A program made the translations under genes and the position numbers. Shown here piece after piece: positions 16,479 to 26,905 of a stretch of DNA of 64,000 nucleotides (its first letter is position 1; each line of letters begins with the position of its first letter). The stretch is from a virus. Location: UHGV virus genome UHGV-0183930. One strand, given 5' to 3'. The notes beneath the pieces are model-generated. The model saw only the letters and a list, made by a program, of their open reading frames with translations. It was not told where the DNA came from and did not search any database.

Positions 16479-17699
16479 ATGGAAGAGAAGGATTCATTTG
16501 ATAGGGCACTGGAGAAGTTAATACTCCGAAGACAGAGGATATTAGATGGCAAGATAAATTGTATTCCATTGTCTTTCCCAAGATTAAGAGTGTGGCTCCC
16601 CGGAATAGAGAAAAGAAGGTATAATATTATTACTGCAAATCAAAAGGTTGGTAAATCAAAACTTGCTGACTATATGCTTGTTTATGAACCCTTCTTCTAT
16701 GCAATTGAGCACCCTGACCAACTAAGGTTGAAGATACTCTATTTTACCCTTGAAATGGGTAAGGAAGAAAAGTTCTATGAGTTCTTATGCCACCTATTAT
16801 ATAGGCTTGATAAAATAAGAATAAGTCCAACTGACTTGAAGAGTACTTCTGCTGATAGACCAGTTCCTCAAGAGATATTAGACTTACTTGCATCTGAAAG
16901 ATATGTGACATATATTCAGAAGTTTAAGGAGACTGTAATCTATATTGACTCTGAGAGAAATCCTACAGGTATTAATAAGTATTGTAGGAATTTTGCTTTG
17001 AGTAGAGGAAAGTTCCACTTCAAGAAGGTTATCATGAAGAATGAAGCTGGGCTTGAGGAGGAAAGAGAGGTTATAGACTTTTATGAACCAAATGATAGTG
17101 ATGAATATGTAGAAGTAATCTTAGACAACTATTCAAATCTGATGTCAGAAAGTGGTATGAACAAAATGCAGACTATTGAGAAGATGAGTAAATATTTCAT
17201 CACTCAAAGGGACCAGTTTGATTTCAATATCACTGCAATCCAGCATCAAGCTCAGGCTCAGGAAGGAATTGAGAATCAGAAGTTGAATAAGATGATGCCT
17301 TCATCAGATGGTCTTGCAGATTGTAAGACTACCACCAGAGATGCAAATCTGGTGCTTGGTTTGTATAGTCCATTTAAGTATGGTCTAAGGGAATATGAAG
17401 GTTATGATGTGACCAAATTCAAAAACAATATAAGGTTCATGCAGGTTATTGAGGATAGAGATAATGGAGCAGGAGGTCAAATATGTCCACTGTTCTTTGA
17501 TGGAGCAGTGAGTACATTTACTGAGCTTCCACTACCCAATAATAAGCCTGAACTGGAAAGATGTCTTGAGTATATTGAGACAGTTGTAAGAAGGAGGACT
17601 AACTATACTTTCATGAATGTCTCTATAAGAAAAGCCAGAGTAAGAAAGTGGAAGATGAATTTGCATAGGTTAGTTAAATTGATTACCTTTGCAGACTAA
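16479..17699 (+). CDS. DnaB-like replicative helicase
   Basis: Walker A ANQKVGKS, YFTLEM, ILDN, IQHQ, RDANLVLGL. Confidence 0.8.
   Translation: MEEKDSFDRALEKLILRRQRILDGKINCIPLSFPRLRVWLPGIEKRRYNIITANQKVGKSKLADYMLVYEPFFYAIEHPDQLRLKILYFTLEMGKEEKFYEFLCHLLYRLDKIRISPTDLKSTSADRPVPQEILDLLASERYVTYIQKFKETVIYIDSERNPTGINKYCRNFALSRGKFHFKKVIMKNEAGLEEEREVIDFYEPNDSDEYVEVILDNYSNLMSESGMNKMQTIEKMSKYFITQRDQFDFNITAIQHQAQAQEGIENQKLNKMMPSSDGLADCKTTTRDANLVLGLYSPFKYGLREYEGYDVTKFKNNIRFMQVIEDRDNGAGGQICPLFFDGAVSTFTELPLPNNKPELERCLEYIETVVRRRTNYTFMNVSIRKARVRKWKMNLHRLVKLITFAD
17660..17691 (+). promoter_or_regulatory. Bacteroidota promoter
   Basis: TTTG, 20-nt spacer, TACCTTTG 17684-17691. Confidence 0.75.
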
Positions 17700-17716
17700 A
17701 ATTTTAAATAAGAAGA

Positions 17717-18424
17717 ATGAAAGCATTGATTTTAGCTAAGTCAGGTTTTGGTAAATCAACCTCTATTGGGGAGATACCAGAGCTTGGATTGAAAGGGTTG
17801 GACCCTAAAGTAACTTATTTGATAAGTTGTGTGAATAAACCTTTACCTTTCAGGGGTGGTGGAAGTAAGTACCAAGTTACTACTCTTAAGGAGATTGGTA
17901 AAGGTAACAGAATTATAACCAATGATGCCAAAGAGGTTGCTCAAATCATTGAGATGTTAGCCAGCCCACAATCTCCTTTCACCAATATAGTACTGGATGA
18001 TATGAATTATATCAGTCAGGATTTCTATATGAAGAATGCAATGAAAGGTGGTTGGGACACTCCTAAACAGATTGGTTATGGAATGGGATTAATCTTTGAT
18101 GCAATCAATCTTGTACCAGAAAACAAGAACATGATTTGTCTTGCTCATTATGAAGAGTATAAAGACAAGAATGGTGATAGTATCTCCTATAAATATAAGA
18201 GTACTGGTAACATGGTTGATTCATATATTACTCCTGAGGGTAAGTTTGAAGTGGTTCTTTATGGTAAGTCTTCTTTTGATTCTAAAGAGAAGAAATCCAT
18301 CAGAGAATTTGTTACCAATGATGATGGAGTATATCCTGCAAAGAGTCCTGTCGGCATGTTTCCTCTATATATTCCCAATGATTTGGGTCTTGTAGTTGAG
18401 AAAGCACAGGAATACTATGGGTAG
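17717..18424 (+). CDS. AAA_24/Sak4-like ATPase
   Basis: AKSGFGKST, IVLDD, CLAH, PAKSPVGMF. Confidence 0.75.
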   Translation: MKALILAKSGFGKSTSIGEIPELGLKGLDPKVTYLISCVNKPLPFRGGGSKYQVTTLKEIGKGNRIITNDAKEVAQIIEMLASPQSPFTNIVLDDMNYISQDFYMKNAMKGGWDTPKQIGYGMGLIFDAINLVPENKNMICLAHYEEYKDKNGDSISYKYKSTGNMVDSYITPEGKFEVVLYGKSSFDSKEKKSIREFVTNDDGVYPAKSPVGMFPLYIPNDLGLVVEKAQEYYG

Positions 18425-18689
18425 AGATGAAGTAGTCAGGATTAGTAGGCTTGTAGCCTTTGGTGGACTGACTGAAATGGACATAAATATTCTGTTGATG
18501 AATTACTGTTTGGAGCATAGTAAGCCTTATTATGAAACAGCAGTATTCGTCACTATTCTCTTGAAACAGGGGATATTCGAGCCTTTCTTTATAGAGGCAT
18601 TAGAGTATTATGAAAAGAAATACACCATAAATAAACTTCAAAGCAAGCCCAATGAAATAGGGCAAAGACAAATAATTTTTATAAATTAA
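18417..18689 (+). CDS. hypothetical protein
   Basis: MGRDEVV start, coupled. Confidence 0.6.
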   Translation: MGRDEVVRISRLVAFGGLTEMDINILLMNYCLEHSKPYYETAVFVTILLKQGIFEPFFIEALEYYEKKYTINKLQSKPNEIGQRQIIFIN

Positions 18690-18694
18690 ACATT

Positions 18695-19084
18695 ATGAAA
18701 GAGTTAAGTAGATTTGAGTTGGCTATTGTTAAAAGAACAGCCCAGAACACTAAGAGTTTGAGAGCCAAAAGGGACAAACTGGTAGAGAAGATTGAGAAAG
18801 CACAGGAAGAACTGGGTGTAATCAATGAAGCCATTGAAGGCTTTGAGGCTCCTATCAAGACTATGACTGGTGGCTTCACTTCTGAGGAAGTTCTTGCTGG
18901 TATCATGGCAGTAGCAGAAGCAACAGAAGCAGCTCCAGAAGGAGAAGTTTCAGAAGAGGTTGTAGGTGAGGTAGAAGTACCTACATCTGAGGCAGTTGCA
19001 TTGGCAGAGGAAGTTGCAACAGAGACTTCTGTAGCTGTAAATCCTTTTGGAGAAGGTGATGATGAAATGCCTTTCAAAGATTAA
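18695..19084 (+). CDS. hypothetical coiled-coil protein with acidic tail
   Basis: 129-aa ORF. Confidence 0.7.
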   Translation: MKELSRFELAIVKRTAQNTKSLRAKRDKLVEKIEKAQEELGVINEAIEGFEAPIKTMTGGFTSEEVLAGIMAVAEATEAAPEGEVSEEVVGEVEVPTSEAVALAEEVATETSVAVNPFGEGDDEMPFKD

Positions 19085-19107
19085 TCACACAAAATCAGTA
19101 ATTTAAG

Positions 19108-20025
19108 ATGAAGAATTTAAACAAAAGTTTCATGGCTGTGAAGGTAGGTAAAGAATCAGTTGAAGGTTCTTTCAAGATGTACAAAGGTATGGCTGCATTC
19201 AATATTGTGGCTGTAAATCCTACTAAAGCAGAGTTGGAGGCTCTTACAGGCAGAGAGCTTGAGAATGAGCCTGAGTATGTTGGTAAAACTGATGAAGGTA
19301 AGGAACAGGTGAGAGTAGTATTTTATGGTAAGACTGCTCCTGATGCCAAGCTGAACAATGGTATTGAGATGCTTATTCCTATCAGCTTTATGCTGACTAA
19401 GGATTACAGGGTAGGTCAGACCAGTGGTAAATATCAGATTATTGATAAGTTTGGTAGAACTGCTTGGGCTACAAAGGAAGAAGTACAGTCCAAGGCTATT
19501 CCTCAATACACTTCTGGACCAGCCAATATTAGTGCTGACTACAGACTTGCATGGCAAGGTGAGGAGTTCTTGACTGATTTCCTTATTCAGTGGCTGAATA
19601 TTCCGGGTCCTGCTGTATATAAAGACAAGGTTTGGGTGATGAAAGAGAACACTGATGACAGTGAGGTTTCTCTTGATATGGCAGCCCTATTCAAAGGTGA
19701 TGTAAAAGAGCTTAAAGAGCTTGTTACTCTTGCTGCTGCTTATATAGTTAAAGGTGCAGTAGGTATCAGAACTGTGGATAATGAAAATGGTACAAGACAG
19801 TATCAGGCTGTATTCACAAGGAAGTTTGCAAAGAATGCTGTAACAGATTATAGCAAGATTGATGCTGCAATCACAGAGTTCCAGAATGCAGGTGGTGCTC
19901 CGGGCACTGAGTTCTCAACTCAACCTTTACATGAAAATGTAGTAGAAGCTACAACTTTCACTCCTGCTGCTGACAATGACCCATTAGGAGCAGCTACAGC
20001 TCCTGCACCAACTCCTTGGGGTTAA
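19108..20025 (+). CDS. putative ssDNA-binding protein
   Basis: located between the ATPase and primase; flexible tail ending PW (inference). Confidence 0.5.
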   Translation: MKNLNKSFMAVKVGKESVEGSFKMYKGMAAFNIVAVNPTKAELEALTGRELENEPEYVGKTDEGKEQVRVVFYGKTAPDAKLNNGIEMLIPISFMLTKDYRVGQTSGKYQIIDKFGRTAWATKEEVQSKAIPQYTSGPANISADYRLAWQGEEFLTDFLIQWLNIPGPAVYKDKVWVMKENTDDSEVSLDMAALFKGDVKELKELVTLAAAYIVKGAVGIRTVDNENGTRQYQAVFTRKFAKNAVTDYSKIDAAITEFQNAGGAPGTEFSTQPLHENVVEATTFTPAADNDPLGAATAPAPTPWG

Positions 20026-20046
20026 ATAACATAAAGATTTAAAACT

Positions 20047-21042
20047 ATGGCTATTAGTATTGGTAAACCTAATATCAGATTAGAAGAGATTTTATCAAAA
20101 GTATCAGAATTAGACATTTTGAACCATTATTTTGGGGTAAGTAATGTCCCCTGTATTATATCAAGTCCATTAAGACCTGATAACCATCCATCCTTTGGTT
20201 TTTATAGCATAGATGGTCAAAAGATACATTGGACAGACTTGGCTACAAAAGATAAAGGAGGAACATTTGATTTATTAGGTAAGTATTGGGGGGAGAGTTA
20301 CAATGATGTGCTTGCACATATTTGGGAGGACTTATCCAAGATTACCAAGACTAATGGCTATAGTGCCTTAGGTAAACCTAAGATTGTCACTACCAAGGAA
20401 TACAGTTCCAACCTTGATTTACAATGTAAGACAAGGGAATGGAGAAAGTATGACCTTGAGTATTGGGCTTCATTTGGCATCACTTTAGAGTGGTTGAAAT
20501 ATGCTGACATTTATCCTATATCCTATAAAATAATCATAAAAGGAGAGTCCAGAATGGTCTTTCCAGCAGATAAATATGCTTATGCTTATGTAGAATATAA
20601 GGAAGGGAAAGTCACTTTAAAGATATATCAACCATTCAATAAAAAGGGATACAAGTGGTCCAACAGGCATGATAGGTCAGTAATTAGCTTATGGACTAAA
20701 GTACCTGAATATGGGGATAGGATATGTATCTGTTCCTCAATGAAGGATGCTTTATGTCTATGGGCAAACACTGGAATACCAGCTATAGCCATTCAAGGAG
20801 AGGGTTATGGTATCAGTGATACTGCTGTTAATGAACTCAAAAGAAGATACAAGGAAGTATTTATCTTATTGGATAATGATAAAGCTGGTCTCATAGATGG
20901 AGAGAAACTATCAGCATCCACTGGGTTTACTAACATAGTATTGCCACAATTTGAAGGAGGAAAAGATGTCTCTGACCTCTATAAAACAATAGGAGACAAA
21001 GAACAATTCAGAGAAATAATTTTAAGCCTATTTAATAGGTAA
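20047..21042 (+). CDS. DNA primase (Toprim)
   Basis: SPLRPDNHPSF; SSMKDAL; LLDNDKAG; KDVSD. Confidence 0.85.
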   Translation: MAISIGKPNIRLEEILSKVSELDILNHYFGVSNVPCIISSPLRPDNHPSFGFYSIDGQKIHWTDLATKDKGGTFDLLGKYWGESYNDVLAHIWEDLSKITKTNGYSALGKPKIVTTKEYSSNLDLQCKTREWRKYDLEYWASFGITLEWLKYADIYPISYKIIIKGESRMVFPADKYAYAYVEYKEGKVTLKIYQPFNKKGYKWSNRHDRSVISLWTKVPEYGDRICICSSMKDALCLWANTGIPAIAIQGEGYGISDTAVNELKRRYKEVFILLDNDKAGLIDGEKLSASTGFTNIVLPQFEGGKDVSDLYKTIGDKEQFREIILSLFNR

Positions 21043-21067
21043 TGTTTTATCACTAAAAAAAAAAATC

Positions 21068-21751
21068 ATGGAATTTAGAAAAGTAACCATCATCAACAAC
21101 AAAACTCAGTCTCAAAAAGTTATTCAGGCATCTACTGCAACTACACTGGGTGAGTTGAAAAGAGAAATGAGAGAAGCAGGTATTGAATTTGAAGGAATGA
21201 CATTCTTTGAGGGTCATTTGAGAGCAGAATTGAAAGATGATGCTTCTATCCTTCCTACCAACATTCCTTACAAAGGACAGGTAGTAAATGATTTGACATT
21301 CCTGCTGACTGCACCTGAAAAGAAAATCAAGTCTGGTGCAATGTCAAGGGCAGAAGCCTATAATGCAATCAAGGCAAGAGGCTTGCAGGATGAATGTGTA
21401 AAAAGATTTGGAAAGAACTTCACCATGTGTAAAACTCAGGACTTGATTGACCTGTTGGGTGAAGGTGGTGCTCCTGCAAAAGAGGAAAAGAAAGGGGTTG
21501 TAAAAGAAAAGCCCGCAAAGAAAGAAGTAGCAAAAGAACCTGTAAAGGAAGAGAAAGTAGAAGCTCCTGCTTCCTCTGAGGGTAATGTTGCTGGTGCTCT
21601 TGAGATCTTACTTGAGGACCTTTATGGTTCTGATGTAATTGAAGAGGGAACCTATGACAGGGCTATGGCTGTATTGAAAGGTACAACCTATTCTGCACCT
21701 GAAAAGATGTCAAAGGCAGAAATCAACAAGATGTTTGACTTTGTTCATTAA
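21068..21751 (+). CDS. ubiquitin-like (beta-grasp) domain ending KIKSG at aa 90, plus C-terminal extension
   Basis: VTIIN...TTLGELKREM...LKDDASILP...LTFLL...KSG pattern; upstream of E2/JAB/E1. Confidence 0.6.
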   Translation: MEFRKVTIINNKTQSQKVIQASTATTLGELKREMREAGIEFEGMTFFEGHLRAELKDDASILPTNIPYKGQVVNDLTFLLTAPEKKIKSGAMSRAEAYNAIKARGLQDECVKRFGKNFTMCKTQDLIDLLGEGGAPAKEEKKGVVKEKPAKKEVAKEPVKEEKVEAPASSEGNVAGALEILLEDLYGSDVIEEGTYDRAMAVLKGTTYSAPEKMSKAEINKMFDFVH

Positions 21752-21761
21752 GTAGAAACCA

Positions 21762-21803
21762 GTGAGGGAGGAGGCTGAATAAGCCTTCCCCCTCATTTTT
21801 TTT
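21762..21803 (+). terminator. rho-independent terminator/attenuator
   Basis: TGAGGGAGGAGGCT/AGCCTTCCCCCTCA stem followed by T8. Confidence 0.8.
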
Positions 21804-21811
21804 ATCATGCA

Positions 21812-23143
21812 ATGACCGAAGAAATAAAGAAACAAGTCCATGAACTACATAGTAGTATCATGGAAAGACCAAATCAAATCTTACAGTTCTTTCAAGACTT
21901 CTTTGGTGAAGGGAGAGTAGAAATGCAAGGTTTTCTGACTGAGGATGAACTATATACATACCTTAGTGTAAATCCCTTGGGAACATTCATAGAATGGACA
22001 AATATAACAGATTCTTCTGCTTATCAGAATATGAATAGAGAAGACCGAGAGGTAATAAATCTCTTTTGGACAGCAGAAGGTGCTAATAATGAAACTGTTA
22101 CAAGTGATTCTGCATTAGCTAAATACTTCTTGCCAGTAATAAAGGAGAAGATTGCCAATACTATGTTCAATAATCTGTTTATTCTTATCTATTTTCCTAC
22201 AGTAAGGATTACAAATGAATATGACAAGTTTGTAGATATTAAGGATTTATGGCTTAAAGTTCCTTTCAATTGGAAAGGAAAAGGTAAAGGATATTTTGGA
22301 GTGAACAGGTCTAATTATCCTCTTAACCATTTCAAGAGTAATTATATGCACAGTCATGTATCTTCTATTCCAACAAACAACTTTGAGAACTTTCAAACAC
22401 CTTGTACTGGCAGAGGACCTATCAACTCTTCTCTTTCTACATTGGCTATAGGATATGATGAAGCCATTTGGCAGTTATTATGTCTGGAGCTTGACAGGTA
22501 TGTAAGAGTAGAATCCATTGATGGAGTTCCACACCACAGGCTTGAGAATATTTCTGCACCAGAGATGGGAAATGCTAAGGATAGATTTCCTATGCAATCC
22601 CTCAGAAGCATTATTCATTGGAATATCTTTGGAAAAGAACAATTCAGACCATTCATTAAACACCTTCTGGAGACTAAGAAGATTAGGTTCAACTATGTCA
22701 ATGGAAGTTATGGGTTAGGAATGTCTTTCATTGATACAGTAGTTCTTATCAGCAATGAATTTATCAGTTGGTATAATACTGAGTATAACAAACATACTAT
22801 TGACATTAGTTATGCTGACCTTGTTAGCAATGGAATTATCAATGAATGTATTATAACCAATGGCAAAGTCTATGTGCCAGAGCCAGTCAGAAGAGGTAGT
22901 AGGGATGACTATCAGAGATATGTAGGAAGGAAAATCTGTACATTCAAAGGTAGGGATATTACCTTGACTATTGATGGAGTATTGTCCTCAGAGGAGGAAT
23001 CTCTCAATAGAACAAGGATATTGAATTTACAATGTATTGAAGCTATTGTATGTAGCATATTGAGAATATTAAATTATGGATATGGAAGAGAAGAAAGAAG
23101 TGAAACCAGTACTGGAGTTAGTCCACAGACAAGATATATTTAA
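21812..23143 (+). CDS. putative prokaryotic E2 (UBC-like) protein
   Basis: YMHSHV...PCTGRGP resembles the E2 HPN/HPH motif plus catalytic Cys; operon context. Confidence 0.55.
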   Translation: MTEEIKKQVHELHSSIMERPNQILQFFQDFFGEGRVEMQGFLTEDELYTYLSVNPLGTFIEWTNITDSSAYQNMNREDREVINLFWTAEGANNETVTSDSALAKYFLPVIKEKIANTMFNNLFILIYFPTVRITNEYDKFVDIKDLWLKVPFNWKGKGKGYFGVNRSNYPLNHFKSNYMHSHVSSIPTNNFENFQTPCTGRGPINSSLSTLAIGYDEAIWQLLCLELDRYVRVESIDGVPHHRLENISAPEMGNAKDRFPMQSLRSIIHWNIFGKEQFRPFIKHLLETKKIRFNYVNGSYGLGMSFIDTVVLISNEFISWYNTEYNKHTIDISYADLVSNGIINECIITNGKVYVPEPVRRGSRDDYQRYVGRKICTFKGRDITLTIDGVLSSEEESLNRTRILNLQCIEAIVCSILRILNYGYGREERSETSTGVSPQTRYI

Positions 23144-24329
23144 GATTGTCATTCCAGCAGAGGTTGAGAAAAAGATAAGATTTTTATGCAAGAACATCTG
23201 GGATGTAGAATGGTCAGGTGTATTGTTTTATAAAGTTGAGGGAGCTTTTGAAGATAAATCCCTAACTATCAGATGTGTAGATTTATTCCAAATGGACATT
23301 GGTACAAGTGCATACACTGAATTCAATGTGTCTCCTGATATGGCTACATACATGGTGGACCATCCTGAGTTATTGGAAGAGGGCATATATCAAGGATTAA
23401 TCCACAGCCATAATAATATGGCTACTTTCTTTAGTGGTACTGATACTGCCACTTTAAGTGCAGAGGGTAATGATATGGCTCACTTTGTATCATTGATTGT
23501 AAATAATGCAGGTAAATATACTGCTGGTATTACAAGGAAGTACAAATGTGTCCAGACTGTATCTGAGAAATATACTTATCCTACTTGGAATGGTGAAGTA
23601 AGAGAGGGAGTGGAGACCTTTGACATTGAAGAAGAGAAACTTGAATGGTTCAATTTGGATATAGTGTTTGAGGATGCAACTGATGACTTTGAGACTGAAA
23701 TGATGGAAAGAATCAAGGAAATCAAAGAGGCTAAGAAGAAAGTTGTAACTCTTATGTATGGTGGTAGAAACTACTCCCAATATGGTAACTATGGAAAAGC
23801 CATTACCCCAACTAAGGAGGTGGGAAGTACATTTCCTATGGATGAAGATAAATACTATGGGGAGAAAAGAAGCTGGTATGACCCTCAGAAAGATAAACAG
23901 GACAAGCAATTACCTGCTGGACAAGGTGAGCTGCCTTTTGACCAACCTGGGGAAGAAAATGTTGAGATTCCTTATGGTACTATAACAATTGACCCTGACA
24001 TAGTTCAGTCTATTGTAAGACAACTTGTCACATCAAGCATTATCATTTCAAATGAAAGTGCAGTTGATGTCAAGAAGTGGGCTAACTCTATGGAGAGTCT
24101 TTACAGAAGGAGATTTGGAAGTGTAAAAGAGTTTGAATATTTTGCATCAAACTATGTAGATTACCTTATTAATTATACCTATGATGGTGATGTTATGGCA
24201 GTCATTAATAATGATGATTCTGTCATGGCTGCATTATTGGCTCATGATGTAAGGGAAGAACTCAAGAAACTGCCAAAGAATCCTTGGTTAAGTGTTTATA
24301 TCAAATTAATGGATGATTATATTTATTAA
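23076..24329 (+). CDS. JAB/MPN metallopeptidase
   Basis: EWSGVLF...IHSHNNMATFFSGTD (E...HxH-x7-S-x2-D). Confidence 0.85.
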   Translation: MDMEEKKEVKPVLELVHRQDIFKIVIPAEVEKKIRFLCKNIWDVEWSGVLFYKVEGAFEDKSLTIRCVDLFQMDIGTSAYTEFNVSPDMATYMVDHPELLEEGIYQGLIHSHNNMATFFSGTDTATLSAEGNDMAHFVSLIVNNAGKYTAGITRKYKCVQTVSEKYTYPTWNGEVREGVETFDIEEEKLEWFNLDIVFEDATDDFETEMMERIKEIKEAKKKVVTLMYGGRNYSQYGNYGKAITPTKEVGSTFPMDEDKYYGEKRSWYDPQKDKQDKQLPAGQGELPFDQPGEENVEIPYGTITIDPDIVQSIVRQLVTSSIIISNESAVDVKKWANSMESLYRRRFGSVKEFEYFASNYVDYLINYTYDGDVMAVINNDDSVMAALLAHDVREELKKLPKNPWLSVYIKLMDDYIY

Positions 24330-24331
24330 TT

Positions 24332-25423
24332 ATGGAAGATGAAGTATTAGAAAGTGCTATCAGTCAAATGACTGTAGATACAGAGACAAGTGCTCCAGAA
24401 GAGACTTTGGTATATAGCTCTGCAAGTGATATAGAATCAGCAGTAGCTCTATTAAATAGTGGTGAGTGGGAAATAATCCATGAAGTACAACATGTAAGTG
24501 GTGCTTATATTATAACTATTGGTGCTGTAGAACCAGAGGTTCCTATGTCTAATATCACACTTATAGCAACATTGGAAGTATCAAATATGCTACATGATGC
24601 TCAGAATACTGAGGATGCTCCATTAGAAATTGATGAACAAGGAGAGGCATTGCTTGAAGCTGCATTAGCTGCTGAGGAAGTAGTGATTCCTCCTAATTCA
24701 GGTAGTTTGCTTGTAGATGAAGCTACAAGTAGATTCAGTGGAGCTATCTGGTATAGTGCCATTCAATCCAAGACTATTACATTAGCTGGTGTAGGTGGTA
24801 TAGGAAGTTATGTTGGCTTTCTACTTGCAAGATTAAAACCCGCTGGGTTATATTTATATGACCCAGATATAGTTGAACAGGCTAATATGTCTGGTCAATT
24901 ATACAGTAGTAGTGATTTGGGACAATCAAAAGTCAGCTCTCTTCATAGAATGTTACAATTATATGCAAACTATTATAATAGTTTGGCATATCAGGAAAGG
25001 TTTACTGCTGAAAGTGAAGCTACAGATATTATGATTTGTGGCTTTGATAACATGGAAGCAAGGAGATTGTTCTTTGATAAATGGCTTGAGCATGTAGGTA
25101 ATAAACCTGAGGGAGAGAGGTCTAAATGTTTATTCATTGATGGTAGATTGGCAGCAGAAGAATTTCAAGTCTTTGCTATTCAAGGCAATGATGAAAGGGC
25201 TATAGTTGAATATGGTAGGAAATGGTTGTTCAGTGATGCAGCAGCAGATGAAACCATCTGTAGCTACAAACAAACAACATTCATGGCAAATATGATTGCA
25301 TCTATTATGGTCAATCTGTTTGTAAACTTCGTAGCTAATGAATGCAATCCTATCATAGATAGAGATGTGCCTTTTATGACTCAATATTCTGCTGATACAA
25401 TGTACTTTAAAGTAGAAATGTAA
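24332..25423 (+). CDS. ThiF/E1-like adenylyltransferase
   Basis: GVGGIGS, DPDIVEQANMSGQ, CGFDNMEARR, DGRL, candidate catalytic Cys in ETICS. Confidence 0.88.
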   Translation: MEDEVLESAISQMTVDTETSAPEETLVYSSASDIESAVALLNSGEWEIIHEVQHVSGAYIITIGAVEPEVPMSNITLIATLEVSNMLHDAQNTEDAPLEIDEQGEALLEAALAAEEVVIPPNSGSLLVDEATSRFSGAIWYSAIQSKTITLAGVGGIGSYVGFLLARLKPAGLYLYDPDIVEQANMSGQLYSSSDLGQSKVSSLHRMLQLYANYYNSLAYQERFTAESEATDIMICGFDNMEARRLFFDKWLEHVGNKPEGERSKCLFIDGRLAAEEFQVFAIQGNDERAIVEYGRKWLFSDAAADETICSYKQTTFMANMIASIMVNLFVNFVANECNPIIDRDVPFMTQYSADTMYFKVEM

Positions 25424-26226
25424 TGGCAATAAATGTACAATTGAACAGGCAACTTCATGATATATTCCTGAATGGTGGTAGTCTTCAAGAACCTGGCTAC
25501 ATTAAGCCACATCTTGCATTTGAAAATAATAATGTATTCAATCTGCATTTGAAAGTAGATATTAGTGGACCGGAGATTGATGTTCCATTGATGTGCAAGA
25601 CCCAAGTTGAGAATGCACTATCTAATAACCAGACCAGTGGCTTCAATATAAAGGAGGTAGCTGTTGCATTATTTAGCAATAACTATCCTGTAGAGAGGAG
25701 AACTGCAAATTCAATCTTCAAGTTATTCCAGATAAGTGATACAAGAGACAGGCTTGTTAAGGTTACAACCAATAATGGTGAAGTATATTATGGTGGAAAT
25801 GGTTTTATTCTTGATAAAGACTATAACTTATTAATACTGTACACACTTCATGGGGTTATGGGTGATAGGCTTTTACATTATAAGACTGGCAGAATCTATG
25901 TGAATCCAAAGGTCTTTGTAAGTAATGGTCTGATTGAGAAAGGTATTATTAAGACAGTTATTCCTGCATTTGTGCAGGAGGGTATTATAGTAGGAAGCAG
26001 TAGGACAGGTATTACTATTCAAGAGATTAATAATCCTATAAGAAATGCAAATGGTCATATTGTTGAATATACTACACCAATACCTGAGATAGTAGTAACT
26101 GATGTGACTGATAGGTTTATAATAAAGCCTAAAAAGCCAACTCCTTCTACCTTCAACAATGAGGCTATGAATGACTACCTTCTGGAGCATCTTGAAGAAG
26201 TTGTGGAAATGACTAAGATAGTATGA
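25423..26226 (+). CDS. hypothetical protein (coupled to E1)
   Basis: 267-aa ORF overlapping the E1 stop. Confidence 0.7.
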   Translation: MAINVQLNRQLHDIFLNGGSLQEPGYIKPHLAFENNNVFNLHLKVDISGPEIDVPLMCKTQVENALSNNQTSGFNIKEVAVALFSNNYPVERRTANSIFKLFQISDTRDRLVKVTTNNGEVYYGGNGFILDKDYNLLILYTLHGVMGDRLLHYKTGRIYVNPKVFVSNGLIEKGIIKTVIPAFVQEGIIVGSSRTGITIQEINNPIRNANGHIVEYTTPIPEIVVTDVTDRFIIKPKKPTPSTFNNEAMNDYLLEHLEEVVEMTKIV

Positions 26227-26888
26227 CATTTGAGGAATATTTTGGTGGATGGGTAAGGGTTATAGATACAAAGGAATTAAATAAGGTAGTAGGGCAAGTA
26301 AGTTTAATTAAAAGAGACTTACTTTGTCCTGCATATCCTGACATATTTAAGGCTTTTAATCTATGCCCTTACAATAATCTCAAAGTTGTGATGATAGGAC
26401 AAGACCCATACCCTCAGAAGGGTGTGGCTACTGGTGTCCTGTTTGGTAATAAGGAGGGAACCAAGTTGTCTCCTTCACTTGAAATAGTTAAAGAGGCTTG
26501 CATTGATTTTGAAATTCCACATAATAGTATTATCTTTGACCCCACTTTAGAGAGCTGGGCTAAACAAGGAGTACTTATGATTAATTCTGCACTGACTTGT
26601 GAAGTCAATAAAGCAGGTAGTCACACAATGATGTGGAGACCTTTCATGACTAAGTTATTGAAGAATCTATCAGAGTGGGATACAGGTATTATTTATGTTC
26701 TATTTGGTGAACAGGCTAAGACACTTAAACCTTATATCAATAAAAACACCAATATAATACTGGAAGAGAAGCATCCTGCATACTATGCAAGGCAAGAAGA
26801 GAGGATGCCATCTACTGTATTTCAAGAAGTGAGCAAACTAACTAAAGAGAAATATGGAGAACCAATTGTGTGGTTCTCAGAGTATTAA
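26223..26888 (+). CDS. ung: uracil-DNA glycosylase family 1
   Basis: GQDPYP, SPSL, WAKQGVLMINSALT, HPA. Confidence 0.92.
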   Translation: MTFEEYFGGWVRVIDTKELNKVVGQVSLIKRDLLCPAYPDIFKAFNLCPYNNLKVVMIGQDPYPQKGVATGVLFGNKEGTKLSPSLEIVKEACIDFEIPHNSIIFDPTLESWAKQGVLMINSALTCEVNKAGSHTMMWRPFMTKLLKNLSEWDTGIIYVLFGEQAKTLKPYINKNTNIILEEKHPAYYARQEERMPSTVFQEVSKLTKEKYGEPIVWFSEY

Positions 26889-26905
26889 TTACAAAAAAAA
26901 AAAGT

